Source: Chiloscyllium plagiosum (taxonomy: Eukaryota). From it: a DNA stretch of 64,000 nucleotides. This document shows, in pieces, positions 63,791 to 64,000 of this stretch. The stretch lies in assembly GCF_004010195.1 (NCBI RefSeq), contig NC_057749.1:13130092-13194091 (forward strand), in the 5' to 3' direction. The position numbers and the translations under genes were made by a program. Under the pieces are notes generated by a model, which saw only the letters and a program-made list of their open reading frames with translations, was not told the DNA's origin and made no database searches. Within the stretch, counting starts at the first letter, position 1; each line of letters opens with the position of its first letter.

Positions 63791-64000
63791 AATGACCCTA
63801 GTCCTATTTGGAATAGTGCGATCTCCTTTACCTGCCTGAGCATTTAATGCTGCATTGCCTCTGACAGTGCAGCACTGTGCATTACTTCAGCTTTTCTGTT
63901 CTCGTTTAAGGCTTCTAGCAGTATACTGTATGCACCCAAATCAAGATTCATCTAAGATCTTTGAGCTCTGTGGGAGCCCCTGCATTAACCTGTGAACTTT

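Overview
Vertebrate genomic DNA, most likely a shark. This is inferred from the repeat landscape: HE1/V-SINE-type and Deu-domain SINEs, CR1 LINEs and Penelope-like elements. The window holds SCAMP2 (9 coding exons, + strand, 1419-44714) followed by the first three coding exons of ULK3 (+ strand, 54072-62633), the same order as at human 15q24. SCAMP2 exon 4 breaks off mid-exon into unrelated G/T-rich sequence, which is either an assembly artefact or a real lesion. Introns are full of retroelements. The most notable hidden structure is a set of minimal hammerhead-ribozyme motifs (CUGAnGA...GAAA-nn-UH) from several repeat families. They occur in Penelope-like (GIY-YIG/RT) elements, in ~180-235-bp fold-back non-autonomous elements with 13-14-bp target-site duplications, and in a ~100-bp solo insertion. 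All calls are by eye, and repeat boundaries are approximate.
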